64,000 nucleotides of DNA from Verrucomicrobiia bacterium. Lineage in GTDB: Bacteria; Verrucomicrobiota; Verrucomicrobiia; JADLBR01. The notes beneath the pieces are model-generated. The model was given only the letters and a program-made list of their open reading frames with translations. It had not been told where the DNA came from and made no database searches. Below are positions 37,524 to 47,470 of the stretch, one piece after another (within the stretch, counting starts at the first letter, position 1; every line of letters begins with the position of its first letter). The DNA is taken from the NCBI GenBank assembly GCA_026646655.1, contig JAPKHT010000009.1, positions 10,518-74,517 on the forward strand, in the 5' to 3' direction. Made by a program: the position numbers and the translations under genes.

Positions 37524-40007
37524 TCAAGGCCCGTATGCGAATGTCGCGGTGGCGCGGGTGTCGCGGTCGGCGGTGAGCCGGACCCAGTGGGCCGAGTATC
37601 CGGCGGGGAAGTCGTGGGCGGCGGTCTTGCCGGGTTCGACGGTCAGGCGCCGGTATTCGCTCCATTGTCCATCGGCGGCGAAATCGACCTCGATGGTGAA
37701 GGTGACGGGCGCATCGGAACCGTGGGAAAGCGCGAGGGACTTCGTGCGGTAGCCCGCCATGAGATAGGGATCGGAAGGCTCTCCGGCTTTCACCCCGGTG
37801 TCCTTCCAGGGCCCCCCGGTGCCCCGCGGGGCGCCCATGCGCCAGAGGTCATCGACATCGCCGAACCATATCGCGGCCTCGCCGCCCGGCGTCTTGTACA
37901 CGTGTTCGTCGGCGGGCGCGTCGGGGCGCACGCCGGTGAGGACGAGCAGGCCGCGCCACGAGGCGAAGTCCCCGATGCGCTTGCCATGCGTGCAGATGGG
38001 TCGCATCCGGCGCAGGCCGCCGGCGTCCTTGTAGGGCACCTCGTAGATGCTCCCGTGGGCGTTGAGATGGACGCGCTCCGTCACGATCTCCCGTAACCCG
38101 CGCGGCCATCCGTCGGCGTAGGGGCGATCGTAGGCCGAATCCGTCTTCGGGAGGCGGAAGCGCCCCTCGCCCTCCCGGACGATGACGGATGCCGCATCGA
38201 CCTCGAACGGGGGCTTCTCGCCGACCCCGTACTTGGTGCGCAGGACACCCTCCTTGCCGGCGTCATCCATCGCGGCGAATTCCAGTTTTCCATCCATGGT
38301 CCACGCCGTCCGCGCCTTGACGGCATCGCCCTCGCAGAGGTTGGCGGCAAAGAGGAGTTTCCTCGCATCGGCCATGGCGGGTTTGGCGATGCCGCCCATG
38401 ACGGGGCCCGCGCGACCGATGTCGGCGAGCGGCGCAAAGGCCTCGGGCGTCGCGGGTCGGGGGGGATTGGCCAACCTGAAGTAGGCGCTCGCGGACCGCG
38501 CGGCCTGCGTGGCGGTGACGCGCACCCACTGCGACTTGAGTTCATCGCCCAGGATATGGAACGCGTAACCCCGCGCGGGGACCTTGACCCTGGCCACGGG
38601 ACGCCACGCGCCCGCGCCATCGGCGTCGGCCTCGATCACGAACTCCACCCCGGCATCTGAGGCGTGCGCCAGATGGAGGCATCCCTCGGCAAAACCGCGC
38701 ACCAGGAAGGGCGGCGATGTCTCGCCCGCGGCCACGTCGTCGCCGAGCCACGGGCCGCCGTTGCCCGCGGGCGCGCCCATGCGCCCGATATCCTCCCACG
38801 AGCCAAACCAGATGCCGGAGTTCGATTGCCCCGCGATCTCGTTGCGCATGATCGACGCGTCGTCGCGGGTCATGACGATCTGACCCTGCCACGCGCAATA
38901 GTCGACCGGCATGCGGGTGTACGTCGCGACGGGCCGCAGGCCACCGGTGTTCCCGGCAGAGAAGGTCTTCGGGAAATCATAGAACAGGCCATGCATGTGC
39001 GCGAGCAGCCGTCCTTCGGTGACCTCTCGGATGCGCGGCCATTCCGTGTACCAGCCCCCGAGGGCATCGTGCGAGAAACTGCCCATCGGGAGGCGGAAGG
39101 TGTGCCACTGGCCGCCATCCAGCAGTTTCAGGATGACGGATCGCCGGTCCCATCCCATGGCCCAGATCGGGGCGCGGTCATCCGGCGAGCCGGAGATCCC
39201 GCCGGGGCCGGTCACCTCGGTGAACTGGCGGCGCTCGATGATCCGCCACGACGCGCCATCCCACTCGGCCAGCGCCCCGCGCTCATCGGGGTGCGCCGAT
39301 TCGGCGCCCGCGAGATATTCATATCGCTTCTTGCCGACGGGATGATCGCCGTTGTTGGCGATGACCAGCCGACCCTGCGAGGTATACCCGCCCTTGCCGT
39401 GCCAGCCGGGCACGGGTTTCTCAAAGAGGCGGTTGACCGAGAGGCTGCGGACATCGACCTCGTACACGGCCCCCTCCATATCGTAAAAGTAAACTCTATT
39501 TGCAGGATCCGTGAGATGGCGCGCGGTGGCGGTCATGCGCCCGACGAGCGCCTTCTTGACGTCGCAGGCGCGGACGGTGCCATCGGCGCCGACGAAGTAC
39601 GGCCCGATGATCAGCTGGTTGGACTCGCGGTGGATCATGCGGTTGGCGTGCGTGCCGCCGACGCTCTCGGGGCGGACATCCATGCGCAGATCCTTGTCGA
39701 TCGTATAGAGCCTGTCCTCGCCGCCGCGCGTCATGTGCGGCGGGTAGGTGATGATCCAGAGCCTATCGGCCCAGGGGACCACCGCGCCGATGCCGCACTC
39801 GCCGTATGGGTTGAACGTGGCGAGGTGCGGGTAGATGCCGCTGATGCGGACGACACGATCGCCGGGCGACGGGCCCCATGCCTCGCCGACGCCCTGGGTC
39901 CCCGCGGTGTATTCGGCGGCTGGGGCGGCGCACGCGACGCAGACGGCGACCGCGGCCAGCGGCGCGCGGAGCGGGGACGCGTTGATGTGGCTATCTGTTT
40001 TTTTCAT
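37524..40007 (-). CDS. secreted conserved hypothetical protein (beta-rich)
   Basis: 827-aa ORF with signal peptide; SGIYPHLA...ECGIGAVVPWADRLW, PGWHGKGGY, EWPRIRE; internally repeated GGPW..(D/T).V.AGE.S.P(F/Y)L..G segments. Confidence 0.82.
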   Translation of the reverse strand: MKKTDSHINASPLRAPLAAVAVCVACAAPAAEYTAGTQGVGEAWGPSPGDRVVRISGIYPHLATFNPYGECGIGAVVPWADRLWIITYPPHMTRGGEDRLYTIDKDLRMDVRPESVGGTHANRMIHRESNQLIIGPYFVGADGTVRACDVKKALVGRMTATARHLTDPANRVYFYDMEGAVYEVDVRSLSVNRLFEKPVPGWHGKGGYTSQGRLVIANNGDHPVGKKRYEYLAGAESAHPDERGALAEWDGASWRIIERRQFTEVTGPGGISGSPDDRAPIWAMGWDRRSVILKLLDGGQWHTFRLPMGSFSHDALGGWYTEWPRIREVTEGRLLAHMHGLFYDFPKTFSAGNTGGLRPVATYTRMPVDYCAWQGQIVMTRDDASIMRNEIAGQSNSGIWFGSWEDIGRMGAPAGNGGPWLGDDVAAGETSPPFLVRGFAEGCLHLAHASDAGVEFVIEADADGAGAWRPVARVKVPARGYAFHILGDELKSQWVRVTATQAARSASAYFRLANPPRPATPEAFAPLADIGRAGPVMGGIAKPAMADARKLLFAANLCEGDAVKARTAWTMDGKLEFAAMDDAGKEGVLRTKYGVGEKPPFEVDAASVIVREGEGRFRLPKTDSAYDRPYADGWPRGLREIVTERVHLNAHGSIYEVPYKDAGGLRRMRPICTHGKRIGDFASWRGLLVLTGVRPDAPADEHVYKTPGGEAAIWFGDVDDLWRMGAPRGTGGPWKDTGVKAGEPSDPYLMAGYRTKSLALSHGSDAPVTFTIEVDFAADGQWSEYRRLTVEPGKTAAHDFPAGYSAHWVRLTADRDTRATATFAYGP

Positions 40008-41643
40008 GGTGATGGGCCTTGGGTTCGGGTTCGGGTGGCTTGTTCTCGCGCATCAGCCGCACGATCGACTCCTGCGACAGCGCCGAATCAAAGATGAAAA
40101 CCTCATCGAGCGCGCCGCGGAAGACGCGACCGCCATGGCGCGGGCGGTCGTCCATGTTGCGCCCGAATGCGACGGCGGTGCTGCCGGGCCGACCGACCTC
40201 GGTGTTGACCCCCCGGATGCCCTTGCGCTCGGCGGGCTCGAGCTGCCCATCCACGAACAGGAGGATGTGGGTGGTGTCGCGCGGCCCCTCGCCGTCGAAT
40301 AGCACGGCGGCGATGTGGTGCCATCGCCCGTCGCGGAGATCGCGCGTGCCGATGACGTGGCTGGTGTGGACGCCCGCCCTCAGCCGCCCGATCGGCCCAT
40401 CCTCCGGCAGCGGGTTGATGGAGATCTGCCACGCGGCACCGGGGACGCTTATCGCGCCCCAGCTCACGAGCGCGAACCCGTTGATCGGCTCCCAATCGGT
40501 CGGGACCTTGGCCCAGAGGGCGACGGTCCGCGCCCGGTCGCCGGATATGCCCCCGAAATCGGTGGCGACGAAATCGCCCGCGCCATCGAACTCCAGGGCC
40601 GCGCCAAAGCGCCCGGGGATCCAGCCGGGCCCGCCGTCGCCGCGCATGAGGGATTCGAGGCGCGCGTCCGCCGCGCCCGCGAGCGGGCCCTCGGCGCGGA
40701 CGGACTGGCCCGAGGCCTCGTCCAACGACCAGTGCACGTAGGGTGCGGGCGATGCGCCGCGCGGGGGCAGGCGCGTGAGGAATCGGGTGCCGTCGGCGGC
40801 CATTGCGGTGGCGGTGCGCGCCTCGATGCGCAGGGCCTGGGACTCGCGGAGCTCGCGCGCCGCCGTCTCGCCAGGCACGGAGGCGCGCACCAATCCCTCG
40901 AGGACGTGCACCTCGGTGCCGCGCCCGCGCGTCCCGACCTCGAGGCCGAAGCGGGTGCCGAGATCGATGATGCGGCCATCCGGGCTCTCCATGGCGAAGC
41001 CGCTGGCCTCGGGCGGCACGTCGGCCACCGCCCGGCCGGCGCGGAGCCGCGCACCGTTCTTGCCCAAGACATCGAGCCTCGCCGGTCCCTCGAGAATCAC
41101 CGACGCCCCGCTCGCGAAGCGTATCCTCAAGAACCCCGCGTCGATGGCAATGGGCCCGCGACCCAGGGGATGGCCCTCGCCGAACGGGGATTGGCCATCG
41201 GCCCAGCGAAGGGCCTCGGAGCCCGCGACCACCGCCAGCCCGTGGCGCGGGGCCCAGCGCCCCAGGCACAGGTAGCCAAGGGTCGCGATCACGGCGACGG
41301 CCGCGGCCCAAGACCCCCACCCCGCCAGCCACGAGAAATCGCGGGGATGCGGCAGCGCGCCGCGCGCGCGACCGCCGATGCGGGCGATCACCCCCGAGCA
41401 AAATGCCCCGCCGTCCTTGTCGTCCGCGGTCAGTCGCGCGACCACCTCCTGCGCGAACGCGTCCCTGGGGCCGAGGGTGGCGCCGTGATGCCGGAGCAGG
41501 CGCTCGATCTTCAGGAGGGTCGCCAGCTCGCGGCGCAACGCGGGATCCGACCGCGCCGCGCGGAGCAGGGCCGCGGTCTCCGGGGGCCCCAGCCCGTCGG
41601 CGAGCCACGCGGAGACCAGGCGATGGCGGGTCGATGGCCCCAT
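39991..41643 (-). CDS. FecR-type anti-sigma factor with C-terminal LamG/ConA-like domain
   Basis: TM segment, then FecR-like F.SGASVILEGPA, IIDLGTRFG, EVHVLEGLV; LamG-like GAALEFDG, DGRWHHIAAV, LFVDG, GALDEVFIFDSALS. Start ATG 41643. Confidence 0.85.
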   Translation of the reverse strand: MGPSTRHRLVSAWLADGLGPPETAALLRAARSDPALRRELATLLKIERLLRHHGATLGPRDAFAQEVVARLTADDKDGGAFCSGVIARIGGRARGALPHPRDFSWLAGWGSWAAAVAVIATLGYLCLGRWAPRHGLAVVAGSEALRWADGQSPFGEGHPLGRGPIAIDAGFLRIRFASGASVILEGPARLDVLGKNGARLRAGRAVADVPPEASGFAMESPDGRIIDLGTRFGLEVGTRGRGTEVHVLEGLVRASVPGETAARELRESQALRIEARTATAMAADGTRFLTRLPPRGASPAPYVHWSLDEASGQSVRAEGPLAGAADARLESLMRGDGGPGWIPGRFGAALEFDGAGDFVATDFGGISGDRARTVALWAKVPTDWEPINGFALVSWGAISVPGAAWQISINPLPEDGPIGRLRAGVHTSHVIGTRDLRDGRWHHIAAVLFDGEGPRDTTHILLFVDGQLEPAERKGIRGVNTEVGRPGSTAVAFGRNMDDRPRHGGRVFRGALDEVFIFDSALSQESIVRLMRENKPPEPEPKAHHHEKNR

Positions 41644-41648
41644 GTCAT

Positions 41649-42206
41649 TCACGCCAGGCCGAGGCGCCTTTCGATGCAGGCCTTCAATTGCATGCGGATG
41701 CGGTGCAGCTGCATCGTGACCGCAGAATGCCTCTTGCCAGACCTCCGGCAGATCTCGGCCACGCCGATGTCTTCCTCGTAGCGGGCCCGCACCAGCCCGC
41801 GCGGATCGTCGCCGAGTTCGCCGAGGCAGGACTGGAGGGCGGCCCGCCAATCCGCCTCGCCCCCGTCCGCGTGCAGCGCGCCGATCTCCGCATCGACCAG
41901 CGCGCGCAATGCCCCGGCGTCCCCGGACGCCACCGCGCGCGCCTTGCGCCCATAATTGCGCAACAGGTTGAAGGCGATGCCTCGCAGCCATGGCGCAAAC
42001 GGGCGCCCCGCCTCGAACTCCCCGAGTTTTCTGAATGCCAGGATGAAAACCTCCTGCGCCAGATCCTCCGCGTGATGCGGCTCGTCGAGGCGCACCGCGA
42101 TGCACGCCCGCAGCGCCCCCTGATGGCGCATCACCAGGGCGGAAAATGCCTCCAGATCGCCCCCGCGGGAGGCCTCCACCAGCGCGCTGTCGTCCGTATC
42201 CGGCAT
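41649..42206 (-). CDS. ECF-type RNA polymerase sigma factor
   Basis: AEDLAQEVFILAFRKL..F....PFAPWLRGIAFN (region 2); C-terminal HTH AVTMQLHRIRMQLKACIE. Confidence 0.92.
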   Translation of the reverse strand: MPDTDDSALVEASRGGDLEAFSALVMRHQGALRACIAVRLDEPHHAEDLAQEVFILAFRKLGEFEAGRPFAPWLRGIAFNLLRNYGRKARAVASGDAGALRALVDAEIGALHADGGEADWRAALQSCLGELGDDPRGLVRARYEEDIGVAEICRRSGKRHSAVTMQLHRIRMQLKACIERRLGLA

Positions 42207-42274
42207 GATCGCCTTTAGGTAGGATTGTCCCCGACCCGGAAAATGACACAATTTTCTATTGGGGTCGGGCCTGG

Positions 42275-42428
42275 CTCGAAAACTGCCGCAGCGCATCCCG
42301 CAGCCGAACGCATGAGCGTTTCGACACCGGCAGGCCGTGGACCCGGGCCGCGCGGCCCCTCCGTGGCCGGAGGGGCTACATTTTCACCCCCGGTGGTCCG
42401 GCGGCTGCCGGATGGGTTCCGGCTCGAG
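42275..42428 (+). repeat. REP-like repeat module A (degenerate)
   Basis: TGG|CTCGAAAACTGCCGCAGCGCATCCCGCAGCCGAACGCATGAGCGTTTCG...GGCTACATTTTC...CCGGTGGTCCGGCGGCTGCCGGATG...CTCGAG. Confidence 0.7.
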
Positions 42429-42498
42429 GATTTCGCGCAGCGATCTGGCCACCGCCCCCGAACCCTATCGGGGGCGGCCACGGGGATCGATGTCGCGG

Positions 42499-43980
42499 CT
42501 AAGGATTCGTGAGGTTCGGGGCCCAGAGGTTGGTGCCCACCTGGGGCACGGTGCCCGAGGGCGGGAGCGAGGCCTTGATCGCCGCGCGCAATTGGCCCGA
42601 CAGCTCGGCGACCGCGGCCGCGTGCTCGGGCCTCTCCGCGAGGTTGGTGATCTCCTTCGGGTCGGCGTCGTGGTCGTAGAGCTCGCGGCCCTCGGCGGCG
42701 GCCTCGCCCCACTCGGTGTAGCGCCAGCGGGGCGTTCGGAGCGAGTAACCGGTCCGGGCCACTTTCCCGCCCCTGCCCGGGAGCGTTATCTGGCTCAGCG
42801 CCCAGCCGCGCCCGTCGGACGACGGATCGCGCAGCATCGGCACGAGGCTCTGGCCCTGGAGATTGTCGGGGGCCTTGACGCCGCAGAGTTCCGCCAGCGT
42901 CGGGTAGAGATCCAGTAGGCCGACGGGCGCCTTCGCCACCGCCCCGGCCTTGGCCACGCCCGGGGCGACGATGAAGAGCGGCACGCGCGCGCTGCCCTCA
43001 AACAGGCTGAGCTTCTGCCACAGGCCGTGCTCGCCCAGGTGGTAGCCGTGGTCGCTGGTGAACACGATGATCGTGCTCTCCGCGAGCCCAAGGCGATCCA
43101 GCGCGGCCAGCACTTTCCCCACCTGCGCATCCATGAACGTCGCGCTCGCGAAATATGCCTGGACCGCCTGCCGGCGCAGGTCGTCGGTCATCTCATCCTG
43201 CACCTTATGGCGGCTCGCCAGCGCCGCCTTGGGCACGTCCTTCTGGTCCTCCTCGACACCCCGGATCACGGGCATGTCGGCCACGGGGAAGCGGTCGAAG
43301 TAGGGCCTGGGCGCGACGTAGGGCGTGTGCGGGCGGAAGAAGCCCACCGCGAGAAAGAAGGGCCGGTCCTTTTGCCTGGCGCAGCGCTCCAGCACCCATT
43401 CCGCATCCGCGGCCATGAGGCCATCGGTGTGGCGCTCGTCGGGCCGCGGCGACGCGTACCAGCTCAGCGTCCCGCCGAACTGGCCCTTGACCAGGGAGAA
43501 AATGTCGGGCTCTTCCTCCAGGCGGTCGCATCCGGCGGGGTTGAGCTCCATCTCCCACGAGCCGGGGTCATCGTGCCCGTTGGTCCCGATGGAGTTGGGC
43601 ACGTTGTAGTGGTACATCTTGCCGATCCGGCCCGCGAAGTATCCGGACAGCCGGAAGGCCTGGGGCAGGCTCACGTGCGAGGGGATCGTCTGCCGGAAAA
43701 TCTGGCCATTGGTCAGGATGCCCTCGCTGTTGGGGTAGAGCCCGGTGAGCATGGAGTTGCGGCTCGGCCCGCACAGCGGGTACTGGCAGTACGCGCGCTC
43801 GAAGCGCACGCCCCGCGACGCCAGCCGGTCGAGGTTCGGGGTCTTGACGATCGGATGCCCGTAGCACGACATCGAGTTGTTCATGTCGTCGGCCATCAGG
43901 AAGAGCACATTGTATCGCGGCGCGGCCGGGGCCAACGCCAGCGTCGCGATCAGGGCGGTTAGAATGACGGCGTGTCGCAT
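42499..43980 (-). CDS. secreted sulfatase (iduronate-2-sulfatase-like)
   Basis: NVLFLMADD, CGPSR, GKMYH, AVGFFRPHTP, SDHGYHLGEHGLWQK. Confidence 0.93.
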   Translation of the reverse strand: MRHAVILTALIATLALAPAAPRYNVLFLMADDMNNSMSCYGHPIVKTPNLDRLASRGVRFERAYCQYPLCGPSRNSMLTGLYPNSEGILTNGQIFRQTIPSHVSLPQAFRLSGYFAGRIGKMYHYNVPNSIGTNGHDDPGSWEMELNPAGCDRLEEEPDIFSLVKGQFGGTLSWYASPRPDERHTDGLMAADAEWVLERCARQKDRPFFLAVGFFRPHTPYVAPRPYFDRFPVADMPVIRGVEEDQKDVPKAALASRHKVQDEMTDDLRRQAVQAYFASATFMDAQVGKVLAALDRLGLAESTIIVFTSDHGYHLGEHGLWQKLSLFEGSARVPLFIVAPGVAKAGAVAKAPVGLLDLYPTLAELCGVKAPDNLQGQSLVPMLRDPSSDGRGWALSQITLPGRGGKVARTGYSLRTPRWRYTEWGEAAAEGRELYDHDADPKEITNLAERPEHAAAVAELSGQLRAAIKASLPPSGTVPQVGTNLWAPNLTNP

Positions 43981-44084
43981 GCCAGAGTCTCGGCCCAGCC
44001 CATCGGCGATGTCAACCTCCGCCCGAGCCGCCATGCCCCAGGACGAGCAAGATTAGGCGCGCTCAAGGACGGTGGCGCGCCCGA

Positions 44085-44138
44085 TAACAAACATTCACTT
44101 GCCCGATACTGAAAGTTTTCTAATTATTCATATTAGTT
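44085..44138 (+). promoter_or_regulatory. AT-rich promoter/operator region of the cytochrome gene
   Basis: Conspicuously AT-rich; TTGCCC-N16-TAATTA; short inverted repeat CTAAT-N7-ATTAG. Confidence 0.5.
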
Positions 44139-46478
44139 ATGATTAATTCGATAAACCTTCGGGGGGCGCGTGGCTGGATCGGCGCCGGGGCCACCCTCAT
44201 CGCGCTGGTTGCGTTGGGGGAGTGGGCCGCCCAGGGCGCGACGGTGGGGGGGACCAACTGGGTGCTGCTCGGTTGGAACAACCTGGGCATGCACTGCATG
44301 GACGACGACTATTCCATTTTCTCGATCCTGCCGCCGTACAACACCTTGAACGCGCAGTTGCTCTGGTCGCGCAACGGGACGACGCGGCTCGTGACGAATG
44401 GGGCGGGCGCCTTCACCGTGACGTACGAGGCGGTCGCGGACCTGGACGGATCGCGCAACGCAACGGCGGTCGGAAAGACGGACTTCTGGTCGCACGAGCA
44501 CCAGATGTACGGGGTGGATCTCCCGCCCGACGTGGGGCTGGCGGGCAAGGCGATGCCCGGCGCCGCCAACACGCCGCAGGCGATGGATTGGGAGACAAAC
44601 GAGGCGTGGTATGTCGCCTACGGGATACCGATCACGCCGTGGGATGACCGCGGGCTCAAGAACCCGTACCCCCTGATGCGCGTGAAGGCGAGGCGGGCCT
44701 CGGATGGGGCCGAGCTCGCATCGCTCGACGTGGTGCTGCCGGTGTCCGACGAGATGGACTGCCGCGCGTGCCATGGCTCGGGATCCGGGCCGGCGGCGCG
44801 ACCCGCCGCGGGCTGGGTCAACGACCCGAACCGGAGCCACGATTATCGCCTGAATATTCTCCGCCTGCATGACGACCACCACGCCCCGGCGTCGAATTTT
44901 GTCTCGGCGGCCACCGCTCTGGGCTACAGCACCAACGGCCTTTATCCGACCGCGCTGGGAGGGACGGCGATCCTGTGCGCGAAATGCCATGCCTCCGAGG
45001 CCCTGCCGGGCTTTGGTTTCGCGGACATACCGCCCCTGACGAGGGCGGTGCACGCGCTGCACGCGGGCGTGATCAATCCGGCCAACGGCCTGGTGATGGA
45101 CGCCACCGGCAACCGGAGCGCCTGCTACCAGTGCCACCCGGGCTCGGACACGCGGTGTCTGCGGGGCGCGATGGGAGGCGCGATCGCCGCCGACGGCTCG
45201 ACCCTGATCCAATGCCAGAGCTGCCACGGCGGCATGAGCGCGGTCGGGGCCGCCTCGCGGACCGGGTGGCTGGAGGAGCCCAACTGCCAGGCGTGCCACA
45301 CGGGCACGGCGACATCCAACAACGGGCAAATCCGTTACGACGACGCGTTCGTCAGCCCGGGCGTGATGCGGGTGGCCACGAACAACACTTTTGGCACCAG
45401 CCCGGATACGCCAGGCCCCGGGCTCTCGCTATACCGGTTCTCGAGCGGCCACGGGCGACTCCAGTGCTCGGCCTGCCACGGTTCCACGCACGCGGAATTC
45501 CCGTCCGTCCACCGCAATGACAACGTCGCCTCCTATCAGGTGCAGGGGCACGTGGGGACGATCCTGGATTGCACCGCCTGCCACCAGAGCCTGCCCAACA
45601 GCACCACCAACGGCCCGCACGGGATGCATCCCATCGGCATCGGCTGGGTGAACGCGCACCACGATATCGCCAAGGGCGCCGCGCTCGCGGGCTGCCGGGC
45701 CTGTCACGGGGCCGACTATCGCGGCACCGTGCTCTCGCGGGCCGCGGGCGACCGGGTATACGCCATGGGCGAAGGGCGGGGCACGGTGCGCTTCTGGCGC
45801 GGCTTCCAGGTGAGCTGCTACGCGTGCCATGACGGCATCGGCTCGAGTTCGCCGGGTTCCAACGGCGCGCCGGTCGTGACCAACAAGTGGCTCGCGGTCG
45901 CGATCAACGGGTCCAACACGGTGTCGCTCGCCGGAACCGATCCGGACGGGAGCGCCCTGAGCTACCGCATCGTGAGCCAACCCATGCACGGCGCGGTCGC
46001 CCTCGACACGAATACCGGATCGGCCATGTACATCGCGGAACCGGGCTTCAGCGGCCCCGACTTCTTCACCTTCACCGCATGGGACGGTTACGTGAACTCG
46101 TCCAACCTGGCCTATGTCTCTGTCACCGTCGGAGGGCCCGCCTCGCTGGCCCAGGATCCCGATGGGGACGGGCTCAGCGACCTCGCCGAGTATGGCCTCG
46201 GCACGGGCCCGCGATTCAACTCCCTCCCCGGCGCCCCCCGCGCCGGGCTCCTCCAACAGGGCGCGGACAAGTTCCTGTCGCTCACCGCCGATAGGCTCTT
46301 CGTCCCGCCGGACGTCACCACGTGGGTCGAGGAATCCACCAACCTGGCGAACTGGTTCTCGGATCCCGCGCACGTCGTCGCGGTCTCCAATTCGCCAACG
46401 GTGCTCAAGGCCCGCAGCACGGCGCCGGCGCAGAACATCCCGAGGGACTTCCTGCGCCTGAAAGCGATCCGCCCATAG
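44139..46478 (+). CDS. secreted multiheme c-type cytochrome (9 CxxCH) with Ig-like C-terminal domain
   Basis: Signal peptide; CRACH, CAKCH, CYQCH, CQSCH, CQACH, CSACH, CTACH, CRACH, CYACH; Ig/cadherin-like APVV...GTDPDGSALSY.IVSQP.HG...GFSGPDFFTF.AWDG; DPDGDGLSDLAEYGLGTGP. Confidence 0.9.
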   Translation: MINSINLRGARGWIGAGATLIALVALGEWAAQGATVGGTNWVLLGWNNLGMHCMDDDYSIFSILPPYNTLNAQLLWSRNGTTRLVTNGAGAFTVTYEAVADLDGSRNATAVGKTDFWSHEHQMYGVDLPPDVGLAGKAMPGAANTPQAMDWETNEAWYVAYGIPITPWDDRGLKNPYPLMRVKARRASDGAELASLDVVLPVSDEMDCRACHGSGSGPAARPAAGWVNDPNRSHDYRLNILRLHDDHHAPASNFVSAATALGYSTNGLYPTALGGTAILCAKCHASEALPGFGFADIPPLTRAVHALHAGVINPANGLVMDATGNRSACYQCHPGSDTRCLRGAMGGAIAADGSTLIQCQSCHGGMSAVGAASRTGWLEEPNCQACHTGTATSNNGQIRYDDAFVSPGVMRVATNNTFGTSPDTPGPGLSLYRFSSGHGRLQCSACHGSTHAEFPSVHRNDNVASYQVQGHVGTILDCTACHQSLPNSTTNGPHGMHPIGIGWVNAHHDIAKGAALAGCRACHGADYRGTVLSRAAGDRVYAMGEGRGTVRFWRGFQVSCYACHDGIGSSSPGSNGAPVVTNKWLAVAINGSNTVSLAGTDPDGSALSYRIVSQPMHGAVALDTNTGSAMYIAEPGFSGPDFFTFTAWDGYVNSSNLAYVSVTVGGPASLAQDPDGDGLSDLAEYGLGTGPRFNSLPGAPRAGLLQQGADKFLSLTADRLFVPPDVTTWVEESTNLANWFSDPAHVVAVSNSPTVLKARSTAPAQNIPRDFLRLKAIRP

Positions 46479-46546
46479 CGCGACCTCCCCGGCGGGCGCC
46501 GCGTATCCTGTTGACGGCGACGCCGGGTGGCGGCGAGCATGGCCGC

Positions 46547-47401
46547 ATGAGCCGTCGCGCTGGCCAACTTCTCGCGTGCCTGTGCCTGCTGGTCCGGGCC
46601 CTGCCGCCCGCGGTCGCCGCGGGCCCCGACCCCCTCTTCACCTTCGGGGCGGTGGCGGACATCCAGTACGCCGACAAGGAGACGAAGGGCAAGAGGCAGT
46701 ACCGGCGCAGCCTGGAACTGTTGCACCCCTGCGTGGATAAATTCAACGCCGAGAAACCCGTCTTCGTCGTGCAATGCGGCGACCTCTACGACGGCTACGG
46801 CAAGGACAGGCCGGGGCAGGCCCAGGCGGACGCGCTCCGGGTCTTGCCGGTGCTGCGGGGCGTCGCGGCCCCGCTCTATCACGTGGTCGGCAACCATTGC
46901 CTCACGGCCGGCAGGGAGTTCGTCGCCCGGGAACTGAAGATGGAACGATTCCACTACGAGTTCGCATCCCCCTCCGCGAAGGGGTGGCGATTCCTCGTGC
47001 TGGACGGGAATGACGCCGGATATGGGGATATGTCTTCCGGGCAGATCGAATGGCTGGGCCGAAGGCTCGCGGCGGCGAAGGCGTCCGGCGAGCGCGCGAT
47101 CCTGTTCTGCCACTATCCCCTGCTGAAGGAGGCGGCGCCCAACCACCGGCTCCAGAATCCCGAGGCGGTGCTGGCCGTGATCGAGGGCGCCGGTTGCGCG
47201 GCCGCATGGATCGCGGGCCACGACCACGCGGGCGGCTACGGCCTGCGGGCCGGGATCCATCACGTCACCCTCGCGGGATTCTGCGAATCCACCGCCGGAC
47301 CCAGTTTCGCGTTTTTCTCGGTCTTCCCCAATCGCATCGTCGAGGATGGCTTCGGCGACGAACCCGACCGCGAGATGCCGCTGGACACCCCGCCGAAGTG
47401 A
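46547..47401 (+). CDS. metallophosphoesterase (Mn-dependent ADP-ribose/CDP-alcohol diphosphatase-like), exported
   Basis: FGAVADIQYAD, QCGD, VGNH, FCHYP, AGHDHAGGY calcineurin-like motifs; signal peptide. Confidence 0.82.
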   Translation: MSRRAGQLLACLCLLVRALPPAVAAGPDPLFTFGAVADIQYADKETKGKRQYRRSLELLHPCVDKFNAEKPVFVVQCGDLYDGYGKDRPGQAQADALRVLPVLRGVAAPLYHVVGNHCLTAGREFVARELKMERFHYEFASPSAKGWRFLVLDGNDAGYGDMSSGQIEWLGRRLAAAKASGERAILFCHYPLLKEAAPNHRLQNPEAVLAVIEGAGCAAAWIAGHDHAGGYGLRAGIHHVTLAGFCESTAGPSFAFFSVFPNRIVEDGFGDEPDREMPLDTPPK

Positions 47402-47470
47402 CCGTTGGGCGGCCATTGTATCCGCAAGAGGCTCACGGGTAGCGCGTTACGATTTTAGCCCGAGGGCTTA

